DNA from: a virus
Lineage: Duplodnaviria > Caudoviricetes
Virus record (IMG/VR): IMGVR_UViG_3300032254_000001
Location: 160,001-224,000 of that record
Direction: 5' to 3' (one strand)
DNA: 64,000 nucleotides
Part shown: positions 39,132 to 48,184 of the stretch, in pieces
Position numbering within the stretch: position 1 is the stretch's first letter
Layout of the letters: each line of letters starts with the position of its first letter
Notes under the pieces: generated by a model
What the model saw: the letters and a program-made list of their open reading frames with translations, nothing else
Told to the model about the DNA's origin: nothing
Databases searched by the model: none
Position numbers and translations under genes: made by a program

Positions 39132-39694
39132 GACATAGTATCAACTATATTCATGTGCAATGCAACTAATACCGCATAGCTAACTGAGTGTGATTGCTTG
39201 AATGAATACTCATCGTCATCTAACCTATCCCAAATAGTTTCAGCCATTTCTTTCCAGGGCTTGCCAAGCAAATGTTTCTTACCTGGGCGCAATGCTGCAA
39301 GGAACATAGCCATACGTGGAATAGTGTCTGGCATACATTGTGCAAGCTGCTTGTGATAGTTTGCAATGTGTATAATCTGCTCAACAAACTCAGGTTCTTT
39401 AAGTCTGTGCCAAGGTGGAGTACGGTTTAATAATTCCTGGTAGTGTGCTTCATCTTTAATGTGCTGATAAACAGATACATTAAGGAAGTCAATTTTAAAA
39501 TAGCCACGCTTGTCTGCGTCTTTGAAGTGCAATGCCGAAGCGTCAAGCATTGGGTCGTAAGGAATAGGCTGTACATAAACGCCACTATTATGTCGTTCAG
39601 GTTTGCCCTTGTGTAGTTTACGTGCCGAAACATGTTTGATATGTTGTAAAATATCTGCTCTGTTTCCAAAGTCTATATCAATATCAGCTGACAT
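39128..39694 (-). CDS. miniature family-C DNA polymerase (DnaE-like) catalytic core
   Basis: ADIDIDF, HNSGVY, YFKIDFL, LAALRPG, YSFKQSHSVSY in 188 aa. Confidence 0.8.
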   Translation of the reverse strand: MSADIDIDFGNRADILQHIKHVSARKLHKGKPERHNSGVYVQPIPYDPMLDASALHFKDADKRGYFKIDFLNVSVYQHIKDEAHYQELLNRTPPWHRLKEPEFVEQIIHIANYHKQLAQCMPDTIPRMAMFLAALRPGKKHLLGKPWKEMAETIWDRLDDDEYSFKQSHSVSYAVLVALHMNIVDTMS

Positions 39695-39806
39695 TAAAGA
39701 AACTCCATGCTATCATACCTATGTTAAAATACACTGCCGCACCAATGAACAATAGTAAGTATATGGTCCACTTATAGAATCTTGTTGCATTACCATCCTG
39801 CTGCAC
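39684..39806 (-). CDS. 40-aa single-pass membrane peptide (absent from the ORF track)
   Basis: GAGGAG SD 7 nt before GTG; MQQDGNATRFYKWTIYLLLFIGAAVYFNIGMIAWSFFNVS; fills the gap between neighbours. Confidence 0.55.
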   Translation of the reverse strand: MQQDGNATRFYKWTIYLLLFIGAAVYFNIGMIAWSFFNVS

Positions 39807-40488
39807 TTAACATCTCCTCTGCGTATTTAACATCTGCTATTTTCTTTTCGAAAATAGGTTGCCATTGATCTGGGTCAATTACTGGCCAAACCATTTGCAT
39901 CTGTTCCGATGTTAGTTGAGCTAAGAACTCTTGCCCGCTTTGTGATTGATAAATTACCCACGGACTTATCCTACCTGTTACTATAGCATGACATAGTCTG
40001 TTGCTGCTACCGTAACGCATTACATCTTCAGGGCGCATTTCTTTTTCTTCAGCCCACGCTATGCTGTATTCAACTGCTCTAGTTAATGCATCGTTGACGT
40101 TCTCAGTCCTTAGTGCTGTTTCAAGGAATTGTGTGTACGTTGCATCTGTTGCCCACTTGTCTAGTTTAATACCTGACGCAACAATCCAATCTACAAATCG
40201 ATTAGTCTTAATGCATTTTGTATTAATGCAGTAGTTACCAAACTTTACGAATGCAGTGTAGTACGGACTTGTTGCAAAGTCAGCAAACGTCCTAGTCTTA
40301 GCTTGATTTTGATTGTACTGATAGAACTTAACATACGTATGCATGCCAAGTGTTACACCTTTCTCGTCCTTAGCTAACCACCTGCGCTTTTGCTCACAGG
40401 CATGCACTAAAAGGGTACGCTCACTCTTAAATTCTTTATGGCAGTACTGACATTCTAGCGTGTCTGTTTTCTCTGTGGACTTCAACAT
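39790..40488 (-). CDS. C2H2-like zinc-finger protein, replication-associated
   Basis: CQYC...F..E..L..H.C. Confidence 0.7.
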   Translation of the reverse strand: MLKSTEKTDTLECQYCHKEFKSERTLLVHACEQKRRWLAKDEKGVTLGMHTYVKFYQYNQNQAKTRTFADFATSPYYTAFVKFGNYCINTKCIKTNRFVDWIVASGIKLDKWATDATYTQFLETALRTENVNDALTRAVEYSIAWAEEKEMRPEDVMRYGSSNRLCHAIVTGRISPWVIYQSQSGQEFLAQLTSEQMQMVWPVIDPDQWQPIFEKKIADVKYAEEMLSAAGW

Positions 40489-41198
40489 AAAATCTCGTTT
40501 GTGTTAATGTGCTCGTGTAGAAAGTTATTTAAAAACTTATGCTCACCTGGTGCTATGTGGCGGCTACTCAATGGAATGTCTCGTTTTATATCTTCCGGAA
40601 CTGACTTGGCACCTTGTGCATGTTGCCAGCTCACCGATTGCCATTGCAATCGATCAATTATTTCTGCATTGTAATTGTCTAAAAATTTAACATCGTTTGG
40701 ATCTAAGAACTCAGCTTCGTCCATCATTGTCTCTGCTGTGTTGAACACTACAATTTTATGACCGCGTGATTTAACACTGTCGATCATCATAGCTAGTTGC
40801 AGATATAAAGCATATGCATGTTCTTTAACACTGTTAATACTGTATTGCAAATGCAGATTTACATAACTTTCTAAATCAACTACACAATCATCGTACTCTC
40901 TTGCACCTATCGGTGTTGAGTTTCCAAATGATCCCCACTTCTCATTGTTTACTTTCTTAAGTACAGGCAATTCAAAGCGGTGTAAAAATGTTGTGCCAAC
41001 AACATATAATGTTGGCTCAGCTTGCATACTGTCAGCTACTGTCAATCTAATTATAGCACTGTTAGACTGTCCGTATTGTGACAACGAATCGTAATGTTCT
41101 ATGCCTAGCTGTTGTGCTAAGTCTTTATGCCCATCGCCCATTGCGTGGTGCTTCATATAGCTGCAACCAGATGTTACAAGTCTGTTAACTTTCGCCAT
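40482..41198 (-). CDS. SGNH-hydrolase-like protein
   Basis: TSGCSY...GQSN...H.APGEH. Confidence 0.65.
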   Translation of the reverse strand: MAKVNRLVTSGCSYMKHHAMGDGHKDLAQQLGIEHYDSLSQYGQSNSAIIRLTVADSMQAEPTLYVVGTTFLHRFELPVLKKVNNEKWGSFGNSTPIGAREYDDCVVDLESYVNLHLQYSINSVKEHAYALYLQLAMMIDSVKSRGHKIVVFNTAETMMDEAEFLDPNDVKFLDNYNAEIIDRLQWQSVSWQHAQGAKSVPEDIKRDIPLSSRHIAPGEHKFLNNFLHEHINTNEILC

Positions 41199-41655
41199 GG
41201 TCTTTAATGTACTGATTAAGCTCTTTCTTTGTTAGCATTGTACTGAGTGCTTCTACGTCTGCTTCCTTCATCGTAGGGAACAATTCTAAAAGCTGTTTCT
41301 TAATCGGACCTGATACATTCTTAGGCTTCGGCTTTTGTTTAATCCATTTGTGATTCTGTGATCCTGCTCCTGGGCTAGCTGCTGTGAGCATCAGCCATTG
41401 TAACTTTGGATGTTTAGCAAGATCAAACATGTTCACATTAGCATAGTAATTCGTACTAGCTATATAATAGTGTTCCATGCCTGGAGTTGATTGTACAGAT
41501 GCACTGTACTTCAGCATAAGGAATGGACTAAACTTCTTCTTTAGTTCATCATCGAGGTTGTCGTAAAAATCTCTGTCTTTACGATCCATTGCTGATAGTA
41601 TTTGTCCTAGTGGTATTTGTGGAGCTGCCATGTTACCATAAAATTCCGTAATCAA
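41185..41655 (-). CDS. possible clamp-loader small subunit (gp62-like)
   Basis: KKFSPFLMLKY...TN..N...KHPKLQW pattern; replication context. Confidence 0.4.
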   Translation of the reverse strand: MITEFYGNMAAPQIPLGQILSAMDRKDRDFYDNLDDELKKKFSPFLMLKYSASVQSTPGMEHYYIASTNYYANVNMFDLAKHPKLQWLMLTAASPGAGSQNHKWIKQKPKPKNVSGPIKKQLLELFPTMKEADVEALSTMLTKKELNQYIKDHGES

Positions 41656-42133
41656 TCACTTCGCAGTTACGCGAAATTTCTTTAATGAAGTACACGCATT
41701 TTGGGTTCGGGCCTTCTTCAATTGGTACTGCAAGAAACTGCCCGTTCTTTAGTTTAGGAGCGTACCAGTTTACTTCGCTGTACACATCGATTATCTCAAT
41801 GGGTTCGAATGTTGGTCTGTATGCTGACAAACTATTAAACTGAAATGCACTAAAGTCTCTATCGTTAATGGATGTAAGCGGAAGTGATTCGAGATCACCA
41901 ACGTCATCTTCACCAATTACAATTTCCCAATCAACTGGCATCTTAATTTTATGATTGCCTATCTTTAGTACTAGTGCTGGACTAGTAAAACTCTCTAAGA
42001 AGATTAACGGAATGTACATGAAGTCTGGTTCAGCTGGGTTGCTGTTATCCAAAATAGCAAACCGCATGTCGTCTATCTCTTCCGGGAGCGTGTTAAGTTC
42101 GAAACTTGTATCGTTAAGTGTATGTATTCTCAT
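41633..42133 (-). CDS. conserved beta-rich hypothetical protein
   Basis: Own sigma70 promoter; coupled to downstream gene. Confidence 0.7.
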   Translation of the reverse strand: MRIHTLNDTSFELNTLPEEIDDMRFAILDNSNPAEPDFMYIPLIFLESFTSPALVLKIGNHKIKMPVDWEIVIGEDDVGDLESLPLTSINDRDFSAFQFNSLSAYRPTFEPIEIIDVYSEVNWYAPKLKNGQFLAVPIEEGPNPKCVYFIKEISRNCEVIDYGILW

Positions 42134-42139
42134 AGTTGT

Positions 42140-42168
42140 ATTATATAGCCTTTAGCTGTGTTTGTCTA
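42140..42168 (-). promoter_or_regulatory. sigma70 promoter, leaderless
   Basis: TAGACA-N17-TATAAT-acaact-ATG. Confidence 0.75.
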
Positions 42169-42408
42169 GTTTTTCATAAGGTAGAACGTAACTAACTGGT
42201 TGTCTACCTTAACTAATTCGTTGCTGTATCGCAACTTTCCTTTTTTAGCTTTGTCTGTCTTTGCATTAGCTCTCGCAATGCGAACCATCTTAGGTGTAAT
42301 CTTTAAAACTTTATATAGTTCAAGTGCGTGACCTGTTCCGCCAACGACATAGTCGCCAATGGCAAGAGGTTGCTCAAAAAGATCCTTTGGGCTTTCGTTA
42401 TTGTCCAT
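42166..42408 (-). CDS. small SH3/KOW-like hypothetical protein
   Basis: LAIGDYVV...YKVLKITPKMVRI. Confidence 0.65.
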   Translation of the reverse strand: MDNNESPKDLFEQPLAIGDYVVGGTGHALELYKVLKITPKMVRIARANAKTDKAKKGKLRYSNELVKVDNQLVTFYLMKN

Positions 42409-42868
42409 TGAACTTTAGCTTCCAGAATGTAGCTTGGTCTTCTTTCATGTATACAGCAAATCTAAATACTGTAGTGAACTGTGCCGGATCTCTGTGTCGT
42501 TGTATGTACACACCGTCAAATGAATTATCCATTGCCCATTCAACTTCAGGACGACGTACGACTGTGCTAATATAATCTAGCTCTTCAGAGTTAAACATTC
42601 GCTCATTATACGCATCACTTTCTGCCATGCCAATGTCTATGTTATCCCTATGCACTGTGACTAATGTGTATGCATGATGTTCGAGTTGCATTGGATGCTC
42701 TTGCCCATTCATGCAATCATATCGATACTGAGCTTGTGTGGGTTTCTTTTTTGTTACCATAATATTCCTTGGTACGGACCTGGTGATTTCTTCCACTGCG
42801 GTTTCCTCCAATCTAGAATCTAGACGTAACACTGGAGTCTCACCGTAGTAGGTTCTACTCATTGCCAA
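42398..42868 (-). CDS. hypothetical protein
   Basis: Coupled ORF. Confidence 0.65.
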   Translation of the reverse strand: MAMSRTYYGETPVLRLDSRLEETAVEEITRSVPRNIMVTKKKPTQAQYRYDCMNGQEHPMQLEHHAYTLVTVHRDNIDIGMAESDAYNERMFNSEELDYISTVVRRPEVEWAMDNSFDGVYIQRHRDPAQFTTVFRFAVYMKEDQATFWKLKFNGQ

Positions 42869-44322
42869 TGTATCTTCTCCACCTTAAACGGATACTCCGC
42901 TTCCCTGTAGAACTGTTTACGTTTTGTAAGGTGTCGCTTTGCAAACTTACAATTACTAGTTATATCGTAAATGTCTGCGTAGTCTTTATCTTCTGCAACA
43001 CGTAAGCTTCTGCCTATGCTTTGTATTACACGTACAAAAGACTTGCCTGGTTCAATTAAAACAAGATTAAAGATACGTGGAATGTTAAGTCCTACCGCTG
43101 CGACACCGTATGTCGCAATGATCATTTTATCATCATTGTCTGCTACTTCGTCATATTCTTCTTTACGCTTATCTACTTTGACTTTACCTGTTACAACAGA
43201 TACACGGTCTGGCGGTAGCCGCAATGCGAGTTCACTTGCTGCACTTACCCTATCCACAAGTACCAAAGTATTACCTGTCAGGGATTGACCTATTATCATC
43301 TCTGCAATCTGATCAAGTCTGTCGCCGTCAGTTAATAAGTATTTTAATTCTGCTTGATAGTTACCTAAGTCTCTGTTGTCTTGTAGCTGCTTAATGTGTA
43401 CATGACAGCTAGAAAGGATGCCAAGCTTCTGTAGCTCTGCCGCGGATACTTGTCCTATAACTTTGCCTATGGTGCATTCAATTACCATGCGCTCATGCTT
43501 TTCTTTTGGCACTGTGCCTGTTAATCCCCACCTTAATGGTATGTGGGCCATTGGGTCTGTTAACATTGCTTTCAATGCATCAGCTTTGGCACTGTGGACT
43601 TCGTCTACAATAACGCAACCTACATCCTCAATGAAGTCATCAAATGTAAGTGTTGCCTTGCCAGACTTGCTATCCTTAAACAACTGGTTAAGACTTTGCC
43701 ATGTGCATATCGTATGCGTCTTATTCCATTCCTTGCGGTTGCCGTAGTACACACCAACGTCCAGACCCATGTTAATGTAGTCTTCTTCTGTCTGTGTCAC
43801 AAGCGACTTATTAGGTACAATGATAACACTGCGTCCGTATGGCTCTGCAAATAAACTCAAGGCGGCGGTTATAAGTGTCTTACCTGCGCCCGTAGCTATC
43901 TCTTGCATACACTGTGGGTTCTGCAGATAGTTGTTTATTGCTGTGACCTGATGGTCGTTCAGTATAATAGGTTCGCCTTCAAAGCGATGCCCTTCCGGCC
44001 ATGTAATGTGCGCGAACGTTTGATTAGTTACTGTGGGGAATTCAAAATGTGAACTGTAGTTACGTCTGTCGTCAAGCTGTATGTCGTACCCTTCCTTAAT
44101 AAGTTCCGGAAGTATTTCGTCAAGCAAGTTGATGTAGGTTGCGCCACCCAATTGTACAAACGCAACTTTCCCATCCCAGCGTCCTAATTTAAAAGCTGGC
44201 ATGTGTCTTGCAGACGGTATATCAACCTTAAATTTCTTAACTAATTTTTGTCTTGTGTCTAAATCTAGCCCTAATAGTTTGCAGTTTACTTCATCTTTAA
44301 TTTGGATTGTACATGTACTCAT
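42859..44322 (-). CDS. uvsW: UvsW-like superfamily 2 helicase
   Basis: ATGAGKT, VDEVH, GLTGT, QSIGRSLR. Confidence 0.9.
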   Translation of the reverse strand: MSTCTIQIKDEVNCKLLGLDLDTRQKLVKKFKVDIPSARHMPAFKLGRWDGKVAFVQLGGATYINLLDEILPELIKEGYDIQLDDRRNYSSHFEFPTVTNQTFAHITWPEGHRFEGEPIILNDHQVTAINNYLQNPQCMQEIATGAGKTLITAALSLFAEPYGRSVIIVPNKSLVTQTEEDYINMGLDVGVYYGNRKEWNKTHTICTWQSLNQLFKDSKSGKATLTFDDFIEDVGCVIVDEVHSAKADALKAMLTDPMAHIPLRWGLTGTVPKEKHERMVIECTIGKVIGQVSAAELQKLGILSSCHVHIKQLQDNRDLGNYQAELKYLLTDGDRLDQIAEMIIGQSLTGNTLVLVDRVSAASELALRLPPDRVSVVTGKVKVDKRKEEYDEVADNDDKMIIATYGVAAVGLNIPRIFNLVLIEPGKSFVRVIQSIGRSLRVAEDKDYADIYDITSNCKFAKRHLTKRKQFYREAEYPFKVEKIHWQ

Positions 44323-44896
44323 TATATTTACATTTATCTCCGTGATTCTTTTTATAATTTCCTAGGTCAAAACTGCGATAGCAGTGAGGGCATTCAGTCT
44401 TGGGTAATATCCTACCCTTGGCTTTTGCACTTATTTTGTCTTTGGTTTCTTGTTTTAATGTTGTTCCAAGTCTTGCGAGTCTGATATTTTCGGCGTGTTC
44501 TTTTGTTTTAGGTTTTCTCATCCGTTGCTTAGTTACATCAGATTTTTTACGACCTTTACCTACACTGATTCCTTTATTCCATGCTGTCTTTCCTTTATTG
44601 GCTTGGCTTATCTTTTTCTTAGTCTCTTCAGTGTGTGGTTGCTTCTTTTGTCCAATAACGTTTATAAATGGCCAATTGACATTCTTGTCTCCTCGTAATC
44701 TGTGGATAGTCCAGTGGTCATCTTTGTGCAAAGCTATTAAATTAGACGGGTGATGAATTTTTGGGTTGCTAGGGTCTTCAAATGTACACTTAGGTTTTAT
44801 ATGATGTACATGAAAGCCTTCGGGTATTTCCCAATTTGGATAAAATTGTCTCCAGTATAATCGTAAGTTACTTCTCGGATTATTATTATATGTCAC
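44297..44896 (-). mobile_element. free-standing HNH homing endonuclease (paralog of 20542-21000)
   Basis: YWRQFYP.W.IP.GFHVHHIKPK...HP.NLIALH.DDH..IHRLRGD; NUMOD3 repeats. Confidence 0.87.
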
Positions 44897-46104
44897 GTTT
44901 TCCCTGCTATTGAAAGGTATATTACTTTGTCTGCTGCAAGAGCAAACTTACCAATCGATTCCTGTGAGTGGAATAGGTTGGTTATAGGCGTGGTAGATAT
45001 TAACGTATTATACCCTTCTGCAAGCAATTTGTCAACCATGGCTTCATCTCTAAAGTCAGTATGGTCAAGTCGCTTAACATCTAAGTCCCAGTCTTCAACT
45101 TCTGATAGCTTCTCAAATGCGACAAGCGGCTTAGCTGGTGATGTTGGAATCCAGGAATGGGTATATAAAACAACCTTACGGCCGCTTTCTTTAATGTAAT
45201 TCTTTATGTCGTTAACGTCTGGTGCATCCATTACGTTGTGCTTGGTAGCAGGCGATACGCTATTAACGTACTGAGCAATATCTGCTAACTCCGGAGGTGC
45301 TATTAAGCCGAGCTTAGTTAGACGTTCAATGTTAACTATTGATAGATCACAAGGATCTATATCGTTTAGTATCGGAAGCATGGTTTCTGTTATGTGGCTA
45401 ACGTACAACCTGCCATTCACTATGCGTACTCCAGGTGTCCATTCTTCTTCTGTGCCAACAGCTTCTATGCCGCTAACTAATTCAGTAACCGAGTCGTCTA
45501 GTTTTACATCAATGCGATTCGCAAAGTCGTACACACCTTTGAATAGGTACAAGTTGAACGGGCCGGACCAAGTCTTGTCAGTATTGTTCCAATTGAAATT
45601 GTACTTCTGGCCGTTACCAAAGCTCTCACGGACACCACCATTTAAATGAACGCCAGCATCGTCGTGAACTATTGCACGGACTTCTTCAATCTGATTCTTA
45701 TTAAAATTGAAATATAACTGTATCTCAGGAGTGCCTTCATTATCGGCAAGCCTTAGATATGTTTTTTGATTAAGTGTTTCGAGTGCAATGATACCGTTCT
45801 TCCAATTTAATGCAAGAACATCTCTGTAGTTTACACTTAACTTCCTAAGCTGCTTCCTGTACTTGTGTACAATCTTTTCATACAAATCATTTTGACCTGG
45901 ACTAAGCGGCTTGTCTTTTGTTAAGTACTGCACCGAAATGTTTGACATGAACTTTAGATCATATCGGTTAAGCCTGACTTTAGTCATCAAGTCATGGTGT
46001 AACATGTCTCGATTTTCAGGCAGGCTAATAGATTCTTTCACCGGTTTAGTCACTGACTTAGTTGTCATAGTAGTTCCAATTTGTAAGATGTCTGATAAGT
46101 CCAT
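44893..46104 (-). CDS. hypothetical protein (start corrected to 46104, leaderless)
   Basis: TG-C-TATAAT extended -10 at 46111-46119, 6 nt before ATG. Confidence 0.75.
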   Translation of the reverse strand: MDLSDILQIGTTMTTKSVTKPVKESISLPENRDMLHHDLMTKVRLNRYDLKFMSNISVQYLTKDKPLSPGQNDLYEKIVHKYRKQLRKLSVNYRDVLALNWKNGIIALETLNQKTYLRLADNEGTPEIQLYFNFNKNQIEEVRAIVHDDAGVHLNGGVRESFGNGQKYNFNWNNTDKTWSGPFNLYLFKGVYDFANRIDVKLDDSVTELVSGIEAVGTEEEWTPGVRIVNGRLYVSHITETMLPILNDIDPCDLSIVNIERLTKLGLIAPPELADIAQYVNSVSPATKHNVMDAPDVNDIKNYIKESGRKVVLYTHSWIPTSPAKPLVAFEKLSEVEDWDLDVKRLDHTDFRDEAMVDKLLAEGYNTLISTTPITNLFHSQESIGKFALAADKVIYLSIAGKT

Positions 46105-46132
46105 ATGTATATTATAGCACACTTTTGTGATT

Positions 46133-46155
46133 AAAAAAGCCCCTTACGGGGCTTT
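46133..46155 (-). terminator. rho-independent terminator after the ATPase gene
   Basis: AAAGCCCC-GTAA-GGGGCTTTTTT. Confidence 0.9.
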
Positions 46156-46217
46156 CGAGTAAATGGACGTTTTACAGGAGTTCAACATATTTTTTAAACG
46201 TCCAATCTTCTCTAAAC

Positions 46218-47252
46218 TTAGAAACTGTTTTTCATAACAGTTGACTCTGCTAGTCGCTGCCAATTAGGAGTAACTTTGATTAAGTCCGCTATCTTCACTG
46301 CCATACGTAGCGAGATTTCACGTAAACGGTCCTTATTGTCTTCCATGTACTGTACGATCTCGTTACCTTCATTGTTCTCAAAACGGTAGTGACCAAACAG
46401 TTCACCTGTTTGATGAATTTGACGAATACGTAACATACGATCACGCATTGTATTCATTGTAAGATCTAAGTAATGACAACGTGACTGAAGAGCTTGCAAG
46501 TGGTCCTGCAACTTCTTAGAGCGGATGTTATCAAACTGGATGTTAGTGATGAAGATAACGCTGCCTTTAAAGTCAAAGCTATCTGGAATACCTTCGTTGC
46601 GAAGTGTATGTGATTCTGCGTTCCAGCAAATTCGACGCTTCTTGCCACTGTCCAGTGCCGCTTTCAGCAAGTTAAGAGACAAGTCGTCCATTAAAATTGA
46701 GTCACAATCATCAAACACAACCACTTGGTTGGCTTCATTATTGTTATATAGTTTCTGGTATAAACCAATTGGAGTCATTGCACCCTTAACGATGTCGTAT
46801 TTAGGGCTGCGGTTAGCAACTTGATCAAATAAATGTGCTTTTTCTAACTGACGGATAACACCGTATGACTTACCAACACCTGGAGGACCTACAACAATCA
46901 TGCCGCGTACTTGGCCTGCAATTGCAGCACTTGTCATCTCTTCAAGTATTTCAAAGCGGTCTGCAATACGTGCCATAACCTCTTCATCGGATTCTTCTTT
47001 AACTGGAACGGCTGCTTTTACAGCGGCAGCAACTGGAGTGGTTGCTGGAAGTGTAACGCCTTCTGGCATTAGTACACATTCTGGATTTGGAACATTAACG
47101 CGAATTTTATCACGTCCTACACCAATTTCACTATTTGGACGAACGGTAATGAACCAACCCTTCGCGCCATTTTTTAATTCGTTTACTACTTCAAAGCTCT
47201 GATTATGTACTTCTTCGCCTCGGTATGTACCTTCTAATATAGTTACTTGCAT
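46218..47252 (-). CDS. P-loop AAA+ ATPase (early gene)
   Basis: GPPGVGKS, VVFDDCDS, FITN, LQSRC. Confidence 0.85.
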   Translation of the reverse strand: MQVTILEGTYRGEEVHNQSFEVVNELKNGAKGWFITVRPNSEIGVGRDKIRVNVPNPECVLMPEGVTLPATTPVAAAVKAAVPVKEESDEEVMARIADRFEILEEMTSAAIAGQVRGMIVVGPPGVGKSYGVIRQLEKAHLFDQVANRSPKYDIVKGAMTPIGLYQKLYNNNEANQVVVFDDCDSILMDDLSLNLLKAALDSGKKRRICWNAESHTLRNEGIPDSFDFKGSVIFITNIQFDNIRSKKLQDHLQALQSRCHYLDLTMNTMRDRMLRIRQIHQTGELFGHYRFENNEGNEIVQYMEDNKDRLREISLRMAVKIADLIKVTPNWQRLAESTVMKNSF

Positions 47253-47316
47253 TCTGTGAACTCCTGTGTAAGTTCGGTTTTAATAGTAGTTAAGTCTTTG
47301 CCTAACTGTTCTAAGT

Positions 47317-47345
47317 ATTATATGATTATCTAGCCCAAAGGTCTA
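47317..47345 (-). promoter_or_regulatory. sigma70-type early promoter, closely similar to the ligase promoter
   Basis: AAAAAAGG-TAGACC-N17-TATAAT. Confidence 0.75.
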
Positions 47346-47367
47346 CCTTTTTTTGCATTATCTACGG

Positions 47368-47454
47368 TTGTAAGTTGTTGATTTATATAGGATTAGTAAA
47401 ATAATTGTAAGTCATTGATTTTACTAGGATTGTAAGTCATTGATTTTATTAGGA
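47368..47454. repeat. three 25-nt direct repeats TTGTAAGTYRTTGATTTWNWTAGGA
   Basis: Copies at 47368-47392, 47405-47429 and 47430-47454; the last two differ at 1 position. Confidence 0.9.
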
Positions 47455-47457
47455 TTC

Positions 47458-47486
47458 AAAAAAATACCCGCTTTCACGGGTATTTT
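47458..47486 (-). terminator. rho-independent terminator
   Basis: AAAATACCCG-TGAAAG-CGGGTATTTTTTT. Confidence 0.9.
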
Positions 47487-47513
47487 GTTCACATTGTGTA
47501 CTAAAATGTCTAG

Positions 47514-48128
47514 TTATATAGCACGAAATACTGAGCCTGTGCCTGAGCCGGCGATTGTACATGTAAATTCAGTACCTTGCAAGCTATTAGCTGATCCCAT
47601 TGCTGTAAAATCTGTATCGCCTGGACGAGAAATTACGTATCTTGTACCAGGAACACATGAGTCTGCTGCTACCCTAATATGGCCTGGAACGTTTCCAAGT
47701 GGCACAGGGAAGTTAAAATCAACTTCGATTGTTGCACCATCATTAACTTCGTAATGATAACCTGGCGATGGTTCTACTGCATCAATTAAAACCGAATCTA
47801 TCTTAATGTTTGTTTTTAAGCCTGGCTCTGATTCCCAAAACTCAATAAATTGTGCAAGATTTGAAGGTAGCATTTTGTTCGCTGCTAAACCTGCGATCAT
47901 AACAGTACCACCATTAATCTCGAATGAACTTGGTACGCCGTCTGCAATCAGTGTATCATCTACATCAAATTCAATTAATGCAACAACTTCGCCACCTACT
48001 ACCGGTGCCGAAGCTACAGTTGGTACTACGCCGTCGTGAACTAATTCACCATTGAATGAAGCAGTAATTGATACATCACCACTTTCTGAATATGCCAGTC
48101 CAAGGACTTGAATTGTACGTAACCCCAT
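47514..48128 (-). CDS. monocistronic late structural protein with C-terminal G..Y.I...TDFT module
   Basis: Own late promoter (48154-48159), AGGAGA SD and terminator. Confidence 0.65.
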   Translation of the reverse strand: MGLRTIQVLGLAYSESGDVSITASFNGELVHDGVVPTVASAPVVGGEVVALIEFDVDDTLIADGVPSSFEINGGTVMIAGLAANKMLPSNLAQFIEFWESEPGLKTNIKIDSVLIDAVEPSPGYHYEVNDGATIEVDFNFPVPLGNVPGHIRVAADSCVPGTRYVISRPGDTDFTAMGSANSLQGTEFTCTIAGSGTGSVFRAI

Positions 48129-48184
48129 TTGTGTATCTCCTAATATTTAACTTTATTTATCTATTTTGCCAAACAATGTCAGAT

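Noticed and set aside
41633-42133. Stand-alone Hint/intein-like domain
   Set aside because: Beta-rich, but no N-terminal Cys/Ser or C-terminal His-Asn; cannot be supported without a profile search
46164-46204. Hairpin (tggacgttt/aaacgtcca) enclosing a plus-strand RBS-like acaggagttcaacat
   Set aside because: No start codon or credible ORF follows; most simply a 3'UTR stem ahead of the terminator
47368-47454. Possible CRISPR mini-array
   Set aside because: Repeats are tandem or 12 nt apart with no spacer-length unique sequence, and no cas genes are present; the PD-(D/E)XK gene is a common phage exonuclease
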